From: an uncultured delta proteobacterium
Lineage (GTDB): Bacteria; Myxococcota; Myxococcia; Myxococcales; Myxococcaceae
Assembly (NCBI GenBank): GCA_963771175.1
Contig: CAVYSY010000039.1
Coordinates: forward strand, 352,001 to 416,000
Direction of reading: 5' to 3'
DNA: 64,000 bases
The notes below the pieces were generated by a model. That model was not told the origin of the DNA, did no database searches, and saw nothing but the letters and a program-made list of their open reading frames with translations. Below are positions 29,456-40,459 of this stretch, in pieces; the first letter of the stretch is position 1; every line of letters begins with the position of its first letter. Position numbers and translations under genes: made by a program.

Positions 29456-31261
29456 ATGGCTTCCCCCTGCCCGCACTGCGGTAGCACCGAAGGTCCCGAT
29501 CATCTCTGTGGCGCCGCGCAAATGGCGCTCATCGGCCAGGTGCTCGATGGCCGTTACAAGATTGAAGACGTGCTCGGCCAGGGAGGCATGGGCATGGTCT
29601 TCCGCGCCACCCAGACGTCCGTCCACCGGCCGGTGGCGGTCAAGACGCTCAACCCGTCGCTGGCGGCCGCGCCCCAGTTCTTCGAGCGCTTCCGGCGCGA
29701 GGCGGAGATCGCCAGCCGCCTGCGTCACCCCAACGTCATCACCATCTACGACTTCGGCCGCGCCCAGGACGGCACCTGCTACTACGTCATGGAGCTGCTG
29801 GAGGGCGAGAGCCTCCGCGAGCTCGTCAAGCGTGACGGCGCCATGTCCCTGCGCCGCGCCGTGGACGTCATCGAGCAGGCCTGCCGCGGACTGGCCCACG
29901 CCCACGAGCAGGGCGCCATCCACCGCGACATCAAGCCGCACAACATCATGGTGCAGCAGCTCGACGGGCGGGACTTCGTCAAGGTGCTGGACTTCGGCCT
30001 GGTGAAGGCGCTCGAGCAGGACGAGGAGGAGCAGCTCACCTCCACCGGCCAGGTGCTCGGCACGCCGCAGTACATGCCGCCCGAGCAGGCCGGCGGCGAG
30101 AGCGTGGATCACCGCTCCGACCTCTACTCGATGGGCGGCGTCTTCTTCTACTGCCTCACCGGGACCTCGCCCTACGGCGCCAACACGGTGCGCAAGGCGC
30201 TCACCGCCGCCCTCACGCAGCCCCCGCCCACGGTGGGCGCCAAGCGCCAGGGCGCCCCCATCCCGCAGGCCCTGGAGGACTTCTTCCAGACGGCCCTCGC
30301 CCGCGAGAAGGAGGACCGCTTCCAGAGCGCCCAGGAGTTCATCGACGCCATGCTGGACGCGGTGGCGGACCTGTCGCCCGCGGAGCTCGACGCGCTCCCC
30401 ACCGGCTCCACCTCCGAGGCGGGCAGCAGCAGCCGCCCCGGCCAGCGCAGTGTGTCGCGGCCCGGTCGCTCGTCTCCGAGCGCGGTGGCACGCTCCCGGC
30501 CTCCCGCCTCGGCGGCCCGGGGAACGGGTTCTCAGCCCTCGGCGGCGGCCCGGGGCACGGGGGCGCGCCCCTCGGCAGCGGCGCAGGGCTCGGGCTCCCA
30601 GCCCTCGGCGGCCCGGGCCTCTCCGTCCGCGTCCCGTGCCTCCCAGCCCGCCAGCGGGGGCGCCGCGCGCGGGGGCAGTGGGGCCTCCTCGGCCGTTCGC
30701 CAGAGGACTCCTCGCCCCGAGGCTCCTCCTGTCCCGCCCAACCCCCAGGCGCGCGCCGAGGACACGCAGCCAGGCTCCACGGGCAAGAAGGTCGCGCTCG
30801 TGGCCGTGCCGCTGCTGCTCATCGCCGCCGGAGGCGCGTTCGTCGCGCTGCGTCCCGCCACTCCGGTCGCGCCCCCGCCTTCCGGGGTCCAAGAGAAGAA
30901 GGAGCCAGCTCCCAATCCGAAGGTCGCGGCTCCCGCCAGGGACAACATGCTCCGCGTGCAGCTCCGCTCGACTCCCGCGGGCGCCACCGTCTTCGACGGG
31001 GACGTGCAGATCGGCACGACCCCGATGGAGCGCCAACTGCGCCGGGATGAGCCCCACGAGCTCACGTTCCGGCTGGCGGATCACCAGACCGTGAAGCGCA
31101 AGCTGGACTTCAAGGGCGTGCTGTCGGACTCGGAGGAAGTGAACGTGACGCTGGAGCCCGTGAAGGCCGCTCCGGCGGTCGAGCCCTCCCGCCCCTCGCG
31201 TCCCGCGAAGCAGGGCAAGGAGAAGGACGACAAGGACGACTCCGTCCCCATCTTCGAGTAG
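29456..31261 (+). CDS. Hanks-type Ser/Thr protein kinase with TM and PEGA-like domain
   Basis: LGQGGMG, VAVK, HRDIKPHN, DFGLVK, GTPQYMPPE; TM; STPAGATVF. Confidence 0.92.
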   Translation: MASPCPHCGSTEGPDHLCGAAQMALIGQVLDGRYKIEDVLGQGGMGMVFRATQTSVHRPVAVKTLNPSLAAAPQFFERFRREAEIASRLRHPNVITIYDFGRAQDGTCYYVMELLEGESLRELVKRDGAMSLRRAVDVIEQACRGLAHAHEQGAIHRDIKPHNIMVQQLDGRDFVKVLDFGLVKALEQDEEEQLTSTGQVLGTPQYMPPEQAGGESVDHRSDLYSMGGVFFYCLTGTSPYGANTVRKALTAALTQPPPTVGAKRQGAPIPQALEDFFQTALAREKEDRFQSAQEFIDAMLDAVADLSPAELDALPTGSTSEAGSSSRPGQRSVSRPGRSSPSAVARSRPPASAARGTGSQPSAAARGTGARPSAAAQGSGSQPSAARASPSASRASQPASGGAARGGSGASSAVRQRTPRPEAPPVPPNPQARAEDTQPGSTGKKVALVAVPLLLIAAGGAFVALRPATPVAPPPSGVQEKKEPAPNPKVAAPARDNMLRVQLRSTPAGATVFDGDVQIGTTPMERQLRRDEPHELTFRLADHQTVKRKLDFKGVLSDSEEVNVTLEPVKAAPAVEPSRPSRPAKQGKEKDDKDDSVPIFE

Positions 31262-31273
31262 CCCCGGGATTTC

Positions 31274-31303
31274 CGGCGGCCGGCTACGACTCGCCGGCCG
31301 CCG
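31274..31303. terminator. GC-rich hairpin between convergent genes
   Basis: CGGCGGCCGGC-N8-GCCGGCCGCCG. Confidence 0.55.
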
Positions 31304-31306
31304 AGG

Positions 31307-33454
31307 TCAGGGGCGCCCTGGGGCGTGCCCCGTCTTCCGGCATTCGCGCGGGTCGAAGGTGGGCATGAATGTCAGGGTGACGGGGAACTCCAGGCCGCCG
31401 CCGCCGGGTGGGACGAAGGCCCCGAGGAAATCTCCCGTCCTGCCGTCATAACGGAGCACCGAGGAGGGCAGGAAGTCGGGGATGTAGAGATTCCTATCGG
31501 GGCCGAACTCCATGTCGTTCCCATCGCTCAAGCCGCCGCTGCCGGGCGGGACGAACACGCCGAGGAGCGCTCCCGTCTTGGGATTGTAACGCCGCACGTC
31601 GTCCGCCCGGGTGGTCACGTACAGGCGGCCGTCCGGGCCGAACGTCAGGGCAGTGGCATCCACGCCGGGAATGAAGATCGCCCCGCTCTGACCCCGAGCA
31701 GGCCGTGGGGCGCCCGTCTTCGCGTCGTAGCGCAGGACGTCCCTGCTCAGCACGCTCTGCACGAAGAGGAATCCGGCGCCGAAGGCGAGCCGCTGCGGAA
31801 CCACCAGGCCCCCGCCCGAGGCGAAGATGCCCAGGAAGGCCCCCGTCTTCCCGTCGTAACGCAGCACGCTGTTGGTGCCGAAGAAGCTGTCGCTGACGTA
31901 CAGGTTGCCATCCGGGCCGAAGGCGATCTCGCCCGGCGCGCCCAGCCCGCCGCTGCCGGGTGGGACGAAGACACCCAGGAAGGCCCCCGTCCTCCCATCG
32001 TAACGGAGCACGTTCCGGCTTCCGAAGCTGGCGATGTACAGGTTCCCATCCGGGCCGTAGACGAGCGCTTGCGGATTGTCCAACCCGCCGCTGCCCGGGG
32101 ACACGAAGATGCCTTCGAAGGTGCCCGTGCGCCCGTCATAGCGGTGCACACTGGCGTCGATGCCATTCGAGACGAGCAGGTCTCCACCCAGATCCGCGGT
32201 GAGGAGGATCTCCGGCGAGTCGAGCACCGTGCCGTCCGTCTTCATCCGGGTGGCCACGACGTCGTGCGGGATGGCGGGGTCCGCGTCTACCCCGCCAGCG
32301 AAGGGAATGAGATAGCGGCCGGAGCCAACCGCCACGCTCGGGAGGATCTCCTGCGCGAAGTCACCGCGAGAGAGGCGAACGCCGGAGGACTCCACCACCG
32401 TGCCGTCCTCCTTCACCCGCGCGCCCCAGATGCGGCTGGCGCCCGAGCGCGTGTCAGCCCAGACGACCAGGGATTTCCCCTCATGGTGGGCCACCTGGGG
32501 CGAGAGTTGATCGCCGGGGCCGACGGAGATGGGAATCCCCTCTGGCTCCTCCACACGACCGCTGGGGTGGACCCGGGCGCCGAAGATGTCGTGAGTGCCA
32601 TGACGGGTGTCGTCCCAGACGACCACGAAGCGTCGGCCGCTCCAGGCCACGTCTGGACGAAACTGCCCACCGGGCGCCGCGGCAATGGGAAAGCCACCTG
32701 GCTCCACCACGGTCCCATCCAGGCGCACCCGGCCACCGAAGATGTCCGAGGTTTCGGCTCCGCCTCGCCCATCGGCCCAGACGACAAGGAACTGTTTCCC
32801 ATCCCAGGCCACCGCGGGGTCGGTCACGAACTCGACCCCATCGGGCGAGAGTCCGGTGCTCAGCCCGAGCATCTTCCCGTCGCTCGAGATCCGATCCGCG
32901 ACGATCGTGGTCCCGTCGCTTCCGAACGAGCGATAGGCGACGAGGCACACTCCCCGAGCGCAGGCGAGCCCGAGCGGGCCATTGGCCTCTTCTCCATCCG
33001 CGACGTGGATCCTCGGGGACAGGACGGTGCCGTCCGGAGCCACGCGAATACCAGAGATCGCGAAGCGGTCATCCCAGACCACCACGTAATGGGTGCCATT
33101 GAAGGCGACCTTCGGCGTGCCCGACGTCAAATCGGATTCCTGGATCAGGAATCCCCCCGGATCGAGGACGGTGCCGTCCGGCCTCACGCGCGCTCCGAAG
33201 ATGCCACTGGAGCGGGTGTCCCTCCAGACCACGAGATGCGTCTTGCCATCAAAGGCCACCGAGGGCGCCCCATCCGCCGCGGTGCCCAGCGGCGGTGGGC
33301 ACGGAGTCTTCCATCCGGCCTCCAGCGCGGACCGCGCGGCGAGCTCCTCCGTGGGCTCCTCCTCGAGGGTGCTTCCACATGCGGCGAGCAGGACTCCGAG
33401 CACCAGGGCCCGCAATGCCGCGCCATACAACCCGTATCGGGAATGTCTCTCCAT
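31307..33454 (-). CDS. Lipoprotein with two repeat (beta-propeller-like) domains; C-terminal NHL/Vgb-like repeats
   Basis: Lipobox LAAC; N repeats P.VA.DG..LVVW.D.R...IFG.RV..DG; C repeats FVPPGSGGL..P..FGPDGNLY....VLRYDG.TGAF. Confidence 0.75.
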   Translation of the reverse strand: MERHSRYGLYGAALRALVLGVLLAACGSTLEEEPTEELAARSALEAGWKTPCPPPLGTAADGAPSVAFDGKTHLVVWRDTRSSGIFGARVRPDGTVLDPGGFLIQESDLTSGTPKVAFNGTHYVVVWDDRFAISGIRVAPDGTVLSPRIHVADGEEANGPLGLACARGVCLVAYRSFGSDGTTIVADRISSDGKMLGLSTGLSPDGVEFVTDPAVAWDGKQFLVVWADGRGGAETSDIFGGRVRLDGTVVEPGGFPIAAAPGGQFRPDVAWSGRRFVVVWDDTRHGTHDIFGARVHPSGRVEEPEGIPISVGPGDQLSPQVAHHEGKSLVVWADTRSGASRIWGARVKEDGTVVESSGVRLSRGDFAQEILPSVAVGSGRYLIPFAGGVDADPAIPHDVVATRMKTDGTVLDSPEILLTADLGGDLLVSNGIDASVHRYDGRTGTFEGIFVSPGSGGLDNPQALVYGPDGNLYIASFGSRNVLRYDGRTGAFLGVFVPPGSGGLGAPGEIAFGPDGNLYVSDSFFGTNSVLRYDGKTGAFLGIFASGGGLVVPQRLAFGAGFLFVQSVLSRDVLRYDAKTGAPRPARGQSGAIFIPGVDATALTFGPDGRLYVTTRADDVRRYNPKTGALLGVFVPPGSGGLSDGNDMEFGPDRNLYIPDFLPSSVLRYDGRTGDFLGAFVPPGGGGLEFPVTLTFMPTFDPRECRKTGHAPGRP

Positions 33455-33711
33455 TGTCTCCCCCCTCCTCCAGCCGAGCCCAAGGTCAGGCCCGTCCGGA
33501 GCGGAGACAATTGCCCCGAGAGCCTGGTGGGCCGCGCTGCTCGGGGGTCGCACCCGACACCAAGCGGAGGCGAGTGTCGGGAACGCACCGCCGCGCGCCT
33601 GCCTGCTCCTCGGCCCTGGACGAAGTGGCGCGGCTGAAACGGGTTCAGGTTAAACATGCGCCGCACGCCGGTGCGAGGTCGCGCCGGCCCGCGTTTCGAG
33701 GATCACCCACC

Positions 33712-34203
33712 ATGGCTGAAGCCACCCTGGATCTGCGCGGCCTGCCGAAGTCCGAGGCCTATGCCGAGCTCAAGAAGCACGTCGAGGCCGTCCTGGAAGG
33801 CATCGACGACGACGTGGCCGGCATGGCCACCATGAGCTGCCTCCTGCACCACGCCTTCGGCCACCTGTGGACCGGCTTCTACCGCGTCGTGGAGCCCGGC
33901 AAGCTGCTGCGCGTGGGCCCCTACCAGGGGACCCTCGGGTGCCTGGAGATCCGCTTCGGCAAGGGCGTCTGCGGCACCTCCGCCGCCAAGGCCGAGACCG
34001 TGGTCGTCGAGGATGTGCACGCCTTCCCCGGCCACATCACCTGCGATGGCCGCTCGGCCTCGGAGATCGTCGTCCCCGTCTTCGGCCCCAACCGCGAGCT
34101 GATGGCCGTGCTGGACATCGACTCCGAGCACAAGGCCACCTTCGACGACGTGGACCGCCGCGCGCTCGAGGAGCTGATGGGGTGGTTCTCCCGTCGGCGG
34201 TAG
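33712..34203 (+). CDS. GAF-domain protein, probable free methionine-R-sulfoxide reductase (MsrC/YebR-like)
   Basis: WTGFY, GPYQG.LGC, GKGVCG, HITCD, SEIVVP, VLDIDS. Confidence 0.85.
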   Translation: MAEATLDLRGLPKSEAYAELKKHVEAVLEGIDDDVAGMATMSCLLHHAFGHLWTGFYRVVEPGKLLRVGPYQGTLGCLEIRFGKGVCGTSAAKAETVVVEDVHAFPGHITCDGRSASEIVVPVFGPNRELMAVLDIDSEHKATFDDVDRRALEELMGWFSRRR

Positions 34204-34351
34204 TCGTGAAGTCCTGAACGGGAGGGCTGGGTGGAGGGGGGAGACCCTCTCCCCGGACCTCCTCCCCCTGCCCACCTTGCCGAAATGTGACGTGGCCGCC
34301 TGCTCCACTCATTGACGGACCAACGGCCAAGGAGTATTCCTTGGTGCCGTG

Positions 34352-34375
34352 GAAATGAGAACGATTCTCAATTTC
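34352..34375. promoter_or_regulatory. Fur-box-like palindrome upstream of tonB
   Basis: GAAATGAGAACGATTCTCAATTTC, AT-rich inverted repeat (TGAGAA..TTCTCA); TTGACG -35-like hexamer at 34312-34317. Confidence 0.7.
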
Positions 34376-34384
34376 GATATCGAA

Positions 34385-35218
34385 ATGTGCGAGAGTGACA
34401 CGCGCCCCCGAGCGGACATCCGGCCTGCCGTGGGCCTCTTCCGCATGGGCGAGGCCACCCAGGTCGAAGGGGAATCGGGACGGTGGGGACGGGCCCTCCT
34501 CATCACCGCCATCGTCCACGCCGGGGTGCTCTTCGTGGGGCTCTCGATGCCGGGCGCTGTCGTGAAGGAAGCGCCGATGAGGGAGGAGCCGGAGCTGGTG
34601 TTCTTCAGCTTCCCGCCCCCGCCGGCCGCAGCGGCCCGTGCCACCCCCTCCCGAGCGGTGGTGGCCGAGCGGGTGCAGCGACAGGCCCGGACCCGCGTCC
34701 CGCGCCCGGTCGCCGAGAATCGCGCACCGACGCCTCTTCCGGCGAAGGCTCCCGTGGAGCCGACGATGGAGGTGCACGACGAAGGGGCGGCATCCGACGA
34801 GGCCCCAGCGGCGGAGGGCGGCGCGGCGATGGGGCCCGCGGGAGTGGGAGGCGTCGTCGCGGGGCTCGTGGGCGGTGTTCTCGACGGACGGGAGGGCGGG
34901 CTGGTGGGTGCCACGGGCGGGACGGCCCTCGACCTGAAGCAGGTGGCGCGCGCCCCGCAGGTACTCAAGCAGGTCAAGCCTCAATACCCTCGGAGGGCCA
35001 AGGCCGACGGCATCGAGGGACTCGTGCTGGTGCGCGTCATCATCGGGACGGATGGACACATCGAACCCGAGCACACGCGCGTCATCCGCTCCGTTCCCGG
35101 GCTCGACGCGGCGGCCATCTCCGCCGTCAGCCAGTGGCGATTCTCCCCTGCCCTCGGGAAGCAGGGGCGGCCCGTGCGCGTCATCGTCGAGATTCCCGTC
35201 CAGTTCTCCCTGAAGTGA
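34385..35218 (+). CDS. tonB: Energy transducer TonB (start uncertain; 34445 also possible)
   Basis: TM with His (AIVHAGV), Pro-rich linker, PQYPRRAK..GIEGLV...AVSQWRFSPA. Confidence 0.85.
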   Translation: MCESDTRPRADIRPAVGLFRMGEATQVEGESGRWGRALLITAIVHAGVLFVGLSMPGAVVKEAPMREEPELVFFSFPPPPAAAARATPSRAVVAERVQRQARTRVPRPVAENRAPTPLPAKAPVEPTMEVHDEGAASDEAPAAEGGAAMGPAGVGGVVAGLVGGVLDGREGGLVGATGGTALDLKQVARAPQVLKQVKPQYPRRAKADGIEGLVLVRVIIGTDGHIEPEHTRVIRSVPGLDAAAISAVSQWRFSPALGKQGRPVRVIVEIPVQFSLK

Positions 35219-35232
35219 AGGCGCCGAGCCCC

Positions 35233-36447
35233 ATGAGCAGCAGGACCTTTCGCAAGATCATCTTCTGGCCGCACCTGGTCTCCGGCGTCATCGCCGGGCT
35301 CGTCATCGCGAGCATGTCCATCACCGGGGTGGCGATCGCCTTCGAGCACCAGCTCCTCGATTGGGCCGACCGCGAGACCCGACAGGTACAGGCGCCCGCG
35401 CCGGATGCCCCTCGCCTCTCCGTGGACGAGCTGCTGGCCCGCGTGCGCGCCGCCCGACCAGAGGCTCAGCCCTCGGGAGTGACGGTGTACCCCGAGCCGA
35501 CCGCCGCCGTGCTGGTGAGCACCGGCCGCACCAGCGCGGTCTATGTGAATCCCTACACGGGCGAGGTGCGGGACCAGGGCGCTCGGGGCTGGCGCGACTT
35601 CTTCCATGCCATGGAGGAGTGGCACCGGTGGCTCGGCGCGCAGGGCGACAATCGCGCCGTGGGCCGAGCCATCACCGGCGTCAGCAATACCGCCTTCCTG
35701 TTCCTCGCCATCTCCGGCCTGTACCTGTGGTGGCCGCGCAAGTGGACGCTGCGGTCGATGCGGCCCACCCTCTGGTTCAGGCGCGGACTGAAAGGCAAGG
35801 CTCGCGACTTCAACTGGCACAACGTCATCGGCTTCTGGTGCCTGCCGGTGCTCATCGTCCTGACGACGACGGGCATGGTCATCTCGTACAAGTGGGCCTC
35901 GGACCTCGTCTTCACGCTCACCGGCAACGAGCCCCCCGCCGCCCAGGGTCCGGCCGCCGCGCCAGCGGTCAAGGTCCCCGAGCCCCCGGCTGGTGCGAAG
36001 CCGATCGGCCTCGATCCGCTCTTCGCCGAGGCCCGGAAGCAGGTGCCGGCCTGGGAGAGCATCACCGTGCGCCTCGGCGGTGCACCGCGCGGCAACGCGC
36101 CCCAGGGCCCGCAGGCCCTCGCCTTCTCCATCCGGGAGCAGGGCGGCTGGCCGCTCTTCGCATCGGCGCAGCACTCCTTCGATCCCTTCACCGGCCAGAC
36201 GCTGCGCCGCGAGACCTTCGCGGACTACAACCTCGGCCGCCAGGTCCGCTCGTGGATGCGCTTCCTGCACACGGGCGAGGCCCTCGGGTGGTTCGGCCAG
36301 TTCATCGCCGCCCTCGCCTCGCTGGGAGGCGCCTTCCTCGTGTGGACCGGCTTCGCCCTGTCCTGGAGGCGGTTCTTCCCGCGTCGGACCCGCGTTGCCG
36401 CTTCGAAACCTGGCACGGCGCCAGAGCAGACGGAGCCGATGGCCTGA
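35233..36447 (+). CDS. PepSY-associated TM helix protein (PiuB-like)
   Basis: FWPHLVSG, VYVNPYTGEV, EWHRWL, SGLYLWWPR, WHNVIG, RFLHTGE. Confidence 0.85.
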   Translation: MSSRTFRKIIFWPHLVSGVIAGLVIASMSITGVAIAFEHQLLDWADRETRQVQAPAPDAPRLSVDELLARVRAARPEAQPSGVTVYPEPTAAVLVSTGRTSAVYVNPYTGEVRDQGARGWRDFFHAMEEWHRWLGAQGDNRAVGRAITGVSNTAFLFLAISGLYLWWPRKWTLRSMRPTLWFRRGLKGKARDFNWHNVIGFWCLPVLIVLTTTGMVISYKWASDLVFTLTGNEPPAAQGPAAAPAVKVPEPPAGAKPIGLDPLFAEARKQVPAWESITVRLGGAPRGNAPQGPQALAFSIREQGGWPLFASAQHSFDPFTGQTLRRETFADYNLGRQVRSWMRFLHTGEALGWFGQFIAALASLGGAFLVWTGFALSWRRFFPRRTRVAASKPGTAPEQTEPMA

Positions 36448-36534
36448 GCCCCGTTGAAGGGCTCGGATGCTGAACCCACCCCACCCCGCTCACACCTCGG
36501 CCAGATGAATGACGCTGGCCTCTGTCCATCAATT

Positions 36535-36553
36535 GATTATGAAAATCACTATT
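36535..36553. promoter_or_regulatory. Fur box upstream of / overlapping the receptor start
   Basis: GATTATGAAAATCACTATT matches 15/19 to consensus GATAATGATAATCATTATC. Confidence 0.75.
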
Positions 36554-38859
36554 ACAATCAACTCTCCCCAGACGCGCAGCACGGGCATCCGTTCCACGAA
36601 GGGCATTTCCGGAGGCGTGCGCAGCTCGCTGTGGCCCCTGGGGCATGCCGCGGTCGGCCTCGCGTCGGCCCTGGCCGCGAGCAGCGCGCTGGCCCAGGAG
36701 GTGACGCCTCCCGCCGACGCGCCGAGGGCCGTCACCGTGCTGCCCGAGAAGCCGGCCTCGAGCGGCCCGGCCCCTCAGGACACGTTCGTGCTGCCGACGG
36801 TCCAGGTGGAGGAAGAGGCGGAGGGCTACAACACCCAGGAGAGCGCCCTCACGCGCCTGCCGAGCCCGCTCGTCAACACGCCGCAGAGCGTCACCGTGGT
36901 GCCCGAGGTGGTGCTCGAGCAGCAGCAGGCGACGACGCTGCGCGATGCCCTGCGCAACGTCTCCGGCATCACGATCAGCGCCGGTGAGGGCGGACGCCAG
37001 GGCGACTCCTTCAACCTCCGCGGCTTCTCGGCACAGACCGACACGTTCCGCGACGGCGTGCGCGATCTCGGCTGGTTCACCCGAGACACCTTCAACCTCG
37101 GTGGAGTCGAGGTCTTCTTCGGGCCGTCCTCCGTCCTCTTCGGGCGCGGCTCGACGGGAGGGGCGATCAACCTCGTCACGAAGAAGCCGGGCCGGCAGTC
37201 CTTCCGGAACGTGAGCCTGTCGGGCGGCACGGCGCCCTCGGGCCGCGTCGAGGTCGATCTCAACCAGGCGATCAACGACCGCGTCCAGGTTCGCGTCAAT
37301 GCAGTGGGGCAGCTCGCCGACGTGGCGGGCCGTGACACCGTCACGGAGAACCGCGCTGGCTTCGCCCCCTCGGCGCGCATCGCGCTGGGGAGAGAGCACC
37401 TCGCTCGAGCTCGACTACCTCTACCAGCGGGAAGACAGCATCCCGGACTATGGCCAGCCCTACTTCGACGGCTACCCGGTCTCGACCAGTGTCGGCGTCC
37501 CGCGCGAGGCCTTCTATGGCGTGAAGGGCTCGGACACCGAGCGGGTGAACGCGCATGTCGCGACCGCGCAGCTCCAGCACCGGTTCGGCGGAGGCGACAA
37601 CGGTCCCCTGCTGACGAACTCGCTGCGCATGGGCGCGGTGGACCGCTTCGCCCGGCCCACGGCACCTCGCGGGCTCACCCTGACCAGCGGGAGCCCGACG
37701 GGCATCGGCCGGCAGCGCTTCGAGACCCACACGGACAACACCTACCTCGCCAACCAGACGAACCTGCGCGGCGAGCTCCAGACCGGCTTCCTGAAGCACA
37801 CCGCGAACGCGGGGCTCGAGCTGTCCTGGGAGACGAGGGACCAGAATCGCAACAACCTGACCGCGGTGGGGCTGCCCTCCGGACCGAACCTCTCGGCCGA
37901 CCTGTTCAATCCGGATCCCGACGCCCGACCTCTCCGTGGTCAGCCCCGTCTTCGCCAGCGCCAACGAGAGCAGGCAGTGGTCGGTGGGCCTCTACGCGGC
38001 GGATCAGCTCCAGCTCACCCGGTTCCTCGAGGTCCTCGGCTCCGCCCGCTTCGACGTCTTCGACACCCGCTACGTGGCGGAGGACAGCACACGGACGCCG
38101 CACCGAGCTGAAGAGCCGCGATCAGATCTTCAACTGGCGCGTGGGCCTCGTCGGCCACCCGCTGGAGAAGACGAGCCTCTACGTGACGTACGGCACGTCC
38201 GCCAACCCGTCGGCGGAGGTCGGCACGCTCACCACCGGGACGGCCAGCCTCGAGCCGGAGAAGAACGCGACGCTCGAAGTCGGCGCCAAGGCGGACCTGC
38301 TCGAGGACCGGCTGGGCCTGAGCGGCGGCGGTCTTCCGCATCGACAAGACGAACGCGCGCGTGCCGAACACCAACCCCGAGGGGCCGCCGACAGGTCCTC
38401 GAGGGCGCGCAGCGAGTCGCAGGGCTTCAACGTCGGAGTGACCGGCACGCTCACGAGCCGCTGGAGGGTGATCGCCAGCTACACGCACCTGGACTCGGAG
38501 ATCCGCGAGCACACCAACCGAGTACCTCGTGGGCCAGGCGCTGCCGAGCACGCCCAAGCGCAGCCTCTCGCTCTGGACGACGGTCACCCCGCTGGAGAAC
38601 CTCACGCTCGGTGGCGGCGCCGTGTACCAGGACGTGACGACTGTCGAACAATCCGACCTCGGAGACGGTGGCGCTCGTCAAGGTGCCCAACTTCTGGCGC
38701 TTCGACGCGTTCGCGAGCTACGCGCTGTGGAACAAGATCGATCTCCAGCTCAACGTGAACAACCTCACGAACGTGCTGTATTACGAGCAGTACTACGCCG
38801 GGCAGGCCGTCCCCGCCGAGGCGCGCTCGGCGAACCTGACCGCCAGGGTCCGCTTCTAG
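36539..38859 (+). CDS. TonB-dependent siderophore receptor (Fiu/PiuA-like; frameshifted; start uncertain)
   Basis: Plug motifs [40 protein letters not shown]-terminal [10 protein letters not shown]...ARVRF. Confidence 0.88.
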
Positions 38860-38873
38860 AAGGGTTCCCAGCC

Positions 38874-39554
38874 ATGATGGTCCACATCCCCAACGTCCTC
38901 GCCCCCGAGCAGGTGGCCCGCTGCCGCGAGGTCTTCGATCAGGCGCAGTGGGCGGACGGCCGGGTCACCGCCGGACACCAGTCCGCGCAGGTGAAGAAGA
39001 ACCTGCAGCTCCCGGAGAACGGCCCCGAGGCGCGTGAGCTCGGCGAACTGGTGCTGGCGGGACTCGAGTGCAGCCCCCTGTTCATCTCGGCGGTGCTGCC
39101 GCAGCGGGTCTTTCCGCCGCTCTTCAACCGCTACGACGAGAGCATGAGCTTCGGCTCGCACGTCGACAACGCCATCCGGCCGATCACCGGGACGTCGCTG
39201 CGCCTCCGCACCGACGTCTCGGCGACACTCTTCCTGTCCGATCCGGAGAGCTATGACGGAGGAGAGCTCGTCGTGGAGGACACCTATGGCAGCCACGCGG
39301 TGAAGCTGCCGGCCGGAGACCTCATCATCTATCCGGCGACGAGCCTTCACCACGTCACGCCGGTGACCCGCGGCGTGAGGCTCGCGTCGTTCTTCTGGGT
39401 GCAGAGCATGGTCCGCGATGTCTCGCGGCGCGCGCTGCTGTTCGACCTCGACATGTCGATCATGCAGCTCAACAAGGAGGTGCCGAAGAGCCCCTCCCTG
39501 GTCATGCTGACGGGCGTCTACCACAACCTGCTCAGGCAGTGGGCGGAGCCCTGA
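38874..39554 (+). CDS. PKHD-type Fe(II)/2OG hydroxylase (YbiX/PiuC-like)
   Basis: [58 protein letters not shown]. Confidence 0.92.
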   Translation: MMVHIPNVLAPEQVARCREVFDQAQWADGRVTAGHQSAQVKKNLQLPENGPEARELGELVLAGLECSPLFISAVLPQRVFPPLFNRYDESMSFGSHVDNAIRPITGTSLRLRTDVSATLFLSDPESYDGGELVVEDTYGSHAVKLPAGDLIIYPATSLHHVTPVTRGVRLASFFWVQSMVRDVSRRALLFDLDMSIMQLNKEVPKSPSLVMLTGVYHNLLRQWAEP

Positions 39555-39556
39555 GC

Positions 39557-40451
39557 TCAGGGAGGAGGCGCTTCCGCCAGGCGCTCGAAGAGGGCGCGGG
39601 CCCGAGCAAGGCCCGCCTCGGGGTTGAGCGCGAAGTACCAGTAGCGCTCCAGCTCGATGGCGCCCCTCCGGAGCTGCATCAGTCCCTGGGTCTTGTGCTC
39701 GGCGATGGCCCAGTCGACCACGACGTTGTAGTCGAGCCGGTCGCGGAACCCGAACCTCCGCGTGCGGTCGAACTCGAACACAGCGCCTGGACGCACATCC
39801 GCGAGCGGCTGGCCTTGCACGCCAACGTACGAGAAGCCCTCGACCTCCGGGATGGGAAACCCCTGCCGGTTCTCCTCGGCCACCGCCTTCCGGCGGGTGT
39901 GCCCGGAGGCGCCAAGGACCAGTGGCCGCTCGTGCGGCGCCAGGCCCGCCACCACCTCCAGCGTGAGGAGTGCCGCGGCACGGTGGTGGGTGTGCGTGAG
40001 CGGCAGGGGGAGCATCACGAAGACGAAGTCGTACCGGCCCTGGAGCAACCGCTCGCGCAGTCGGCGCTGGATGTAGGCCGTGTCCCAGCCCTCACCGGCC
40101 ACCGCACCCGCCTCCACGGTGAAGCCGGAATCAGGCTGGTCGAGGAAGACGCACTCGCGCAGCCCCAGGAGGCGGGCCGCGGCCCGGAGCTCCTGCTCGC
40201 GAATCCGAGCCATGTGGACGCGGGCCACCTCTGGATCGGTGAGCTTCAAGCCATAGAGGGGCTCGGCCAGGGTGGCGCTCCGGTAGCCCCCCTCGCCCCG
40301 GGTGAACACCACCAGACTCCACCTGCCCTCCCAGCGAACGGGAGAGCGTGTACACAGCACCCCCGAAGAGCGTCTCGTCGTCCGGGTGGGCCGTGACGAG
40401 CAGGACCCTCGGGGGACGCTCCTCCCACTCCGCTCCGGAAGAGGAAGGCAT
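39557..40451 (-). CDS. PIG-L/LmbE family deacetylase (one apparent frameshift near 40320)
   Basis: VTAHPDDET, TRGEGG, REQELRAAARLLG, HTHH, EHKTQ. Confidence 0.8.
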
Positions 40452-40459
40452 GGGGCGAG

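Noticed and set aside
27436..29484. Long antisense ORFs (also 9205-11391, 31325-33637, 41332-43440, 44690-46777, 51248-53290)
   Set aside because: Shadow ORFs expected from high GC3 opposite well-supported genes; no recognisable motifs.
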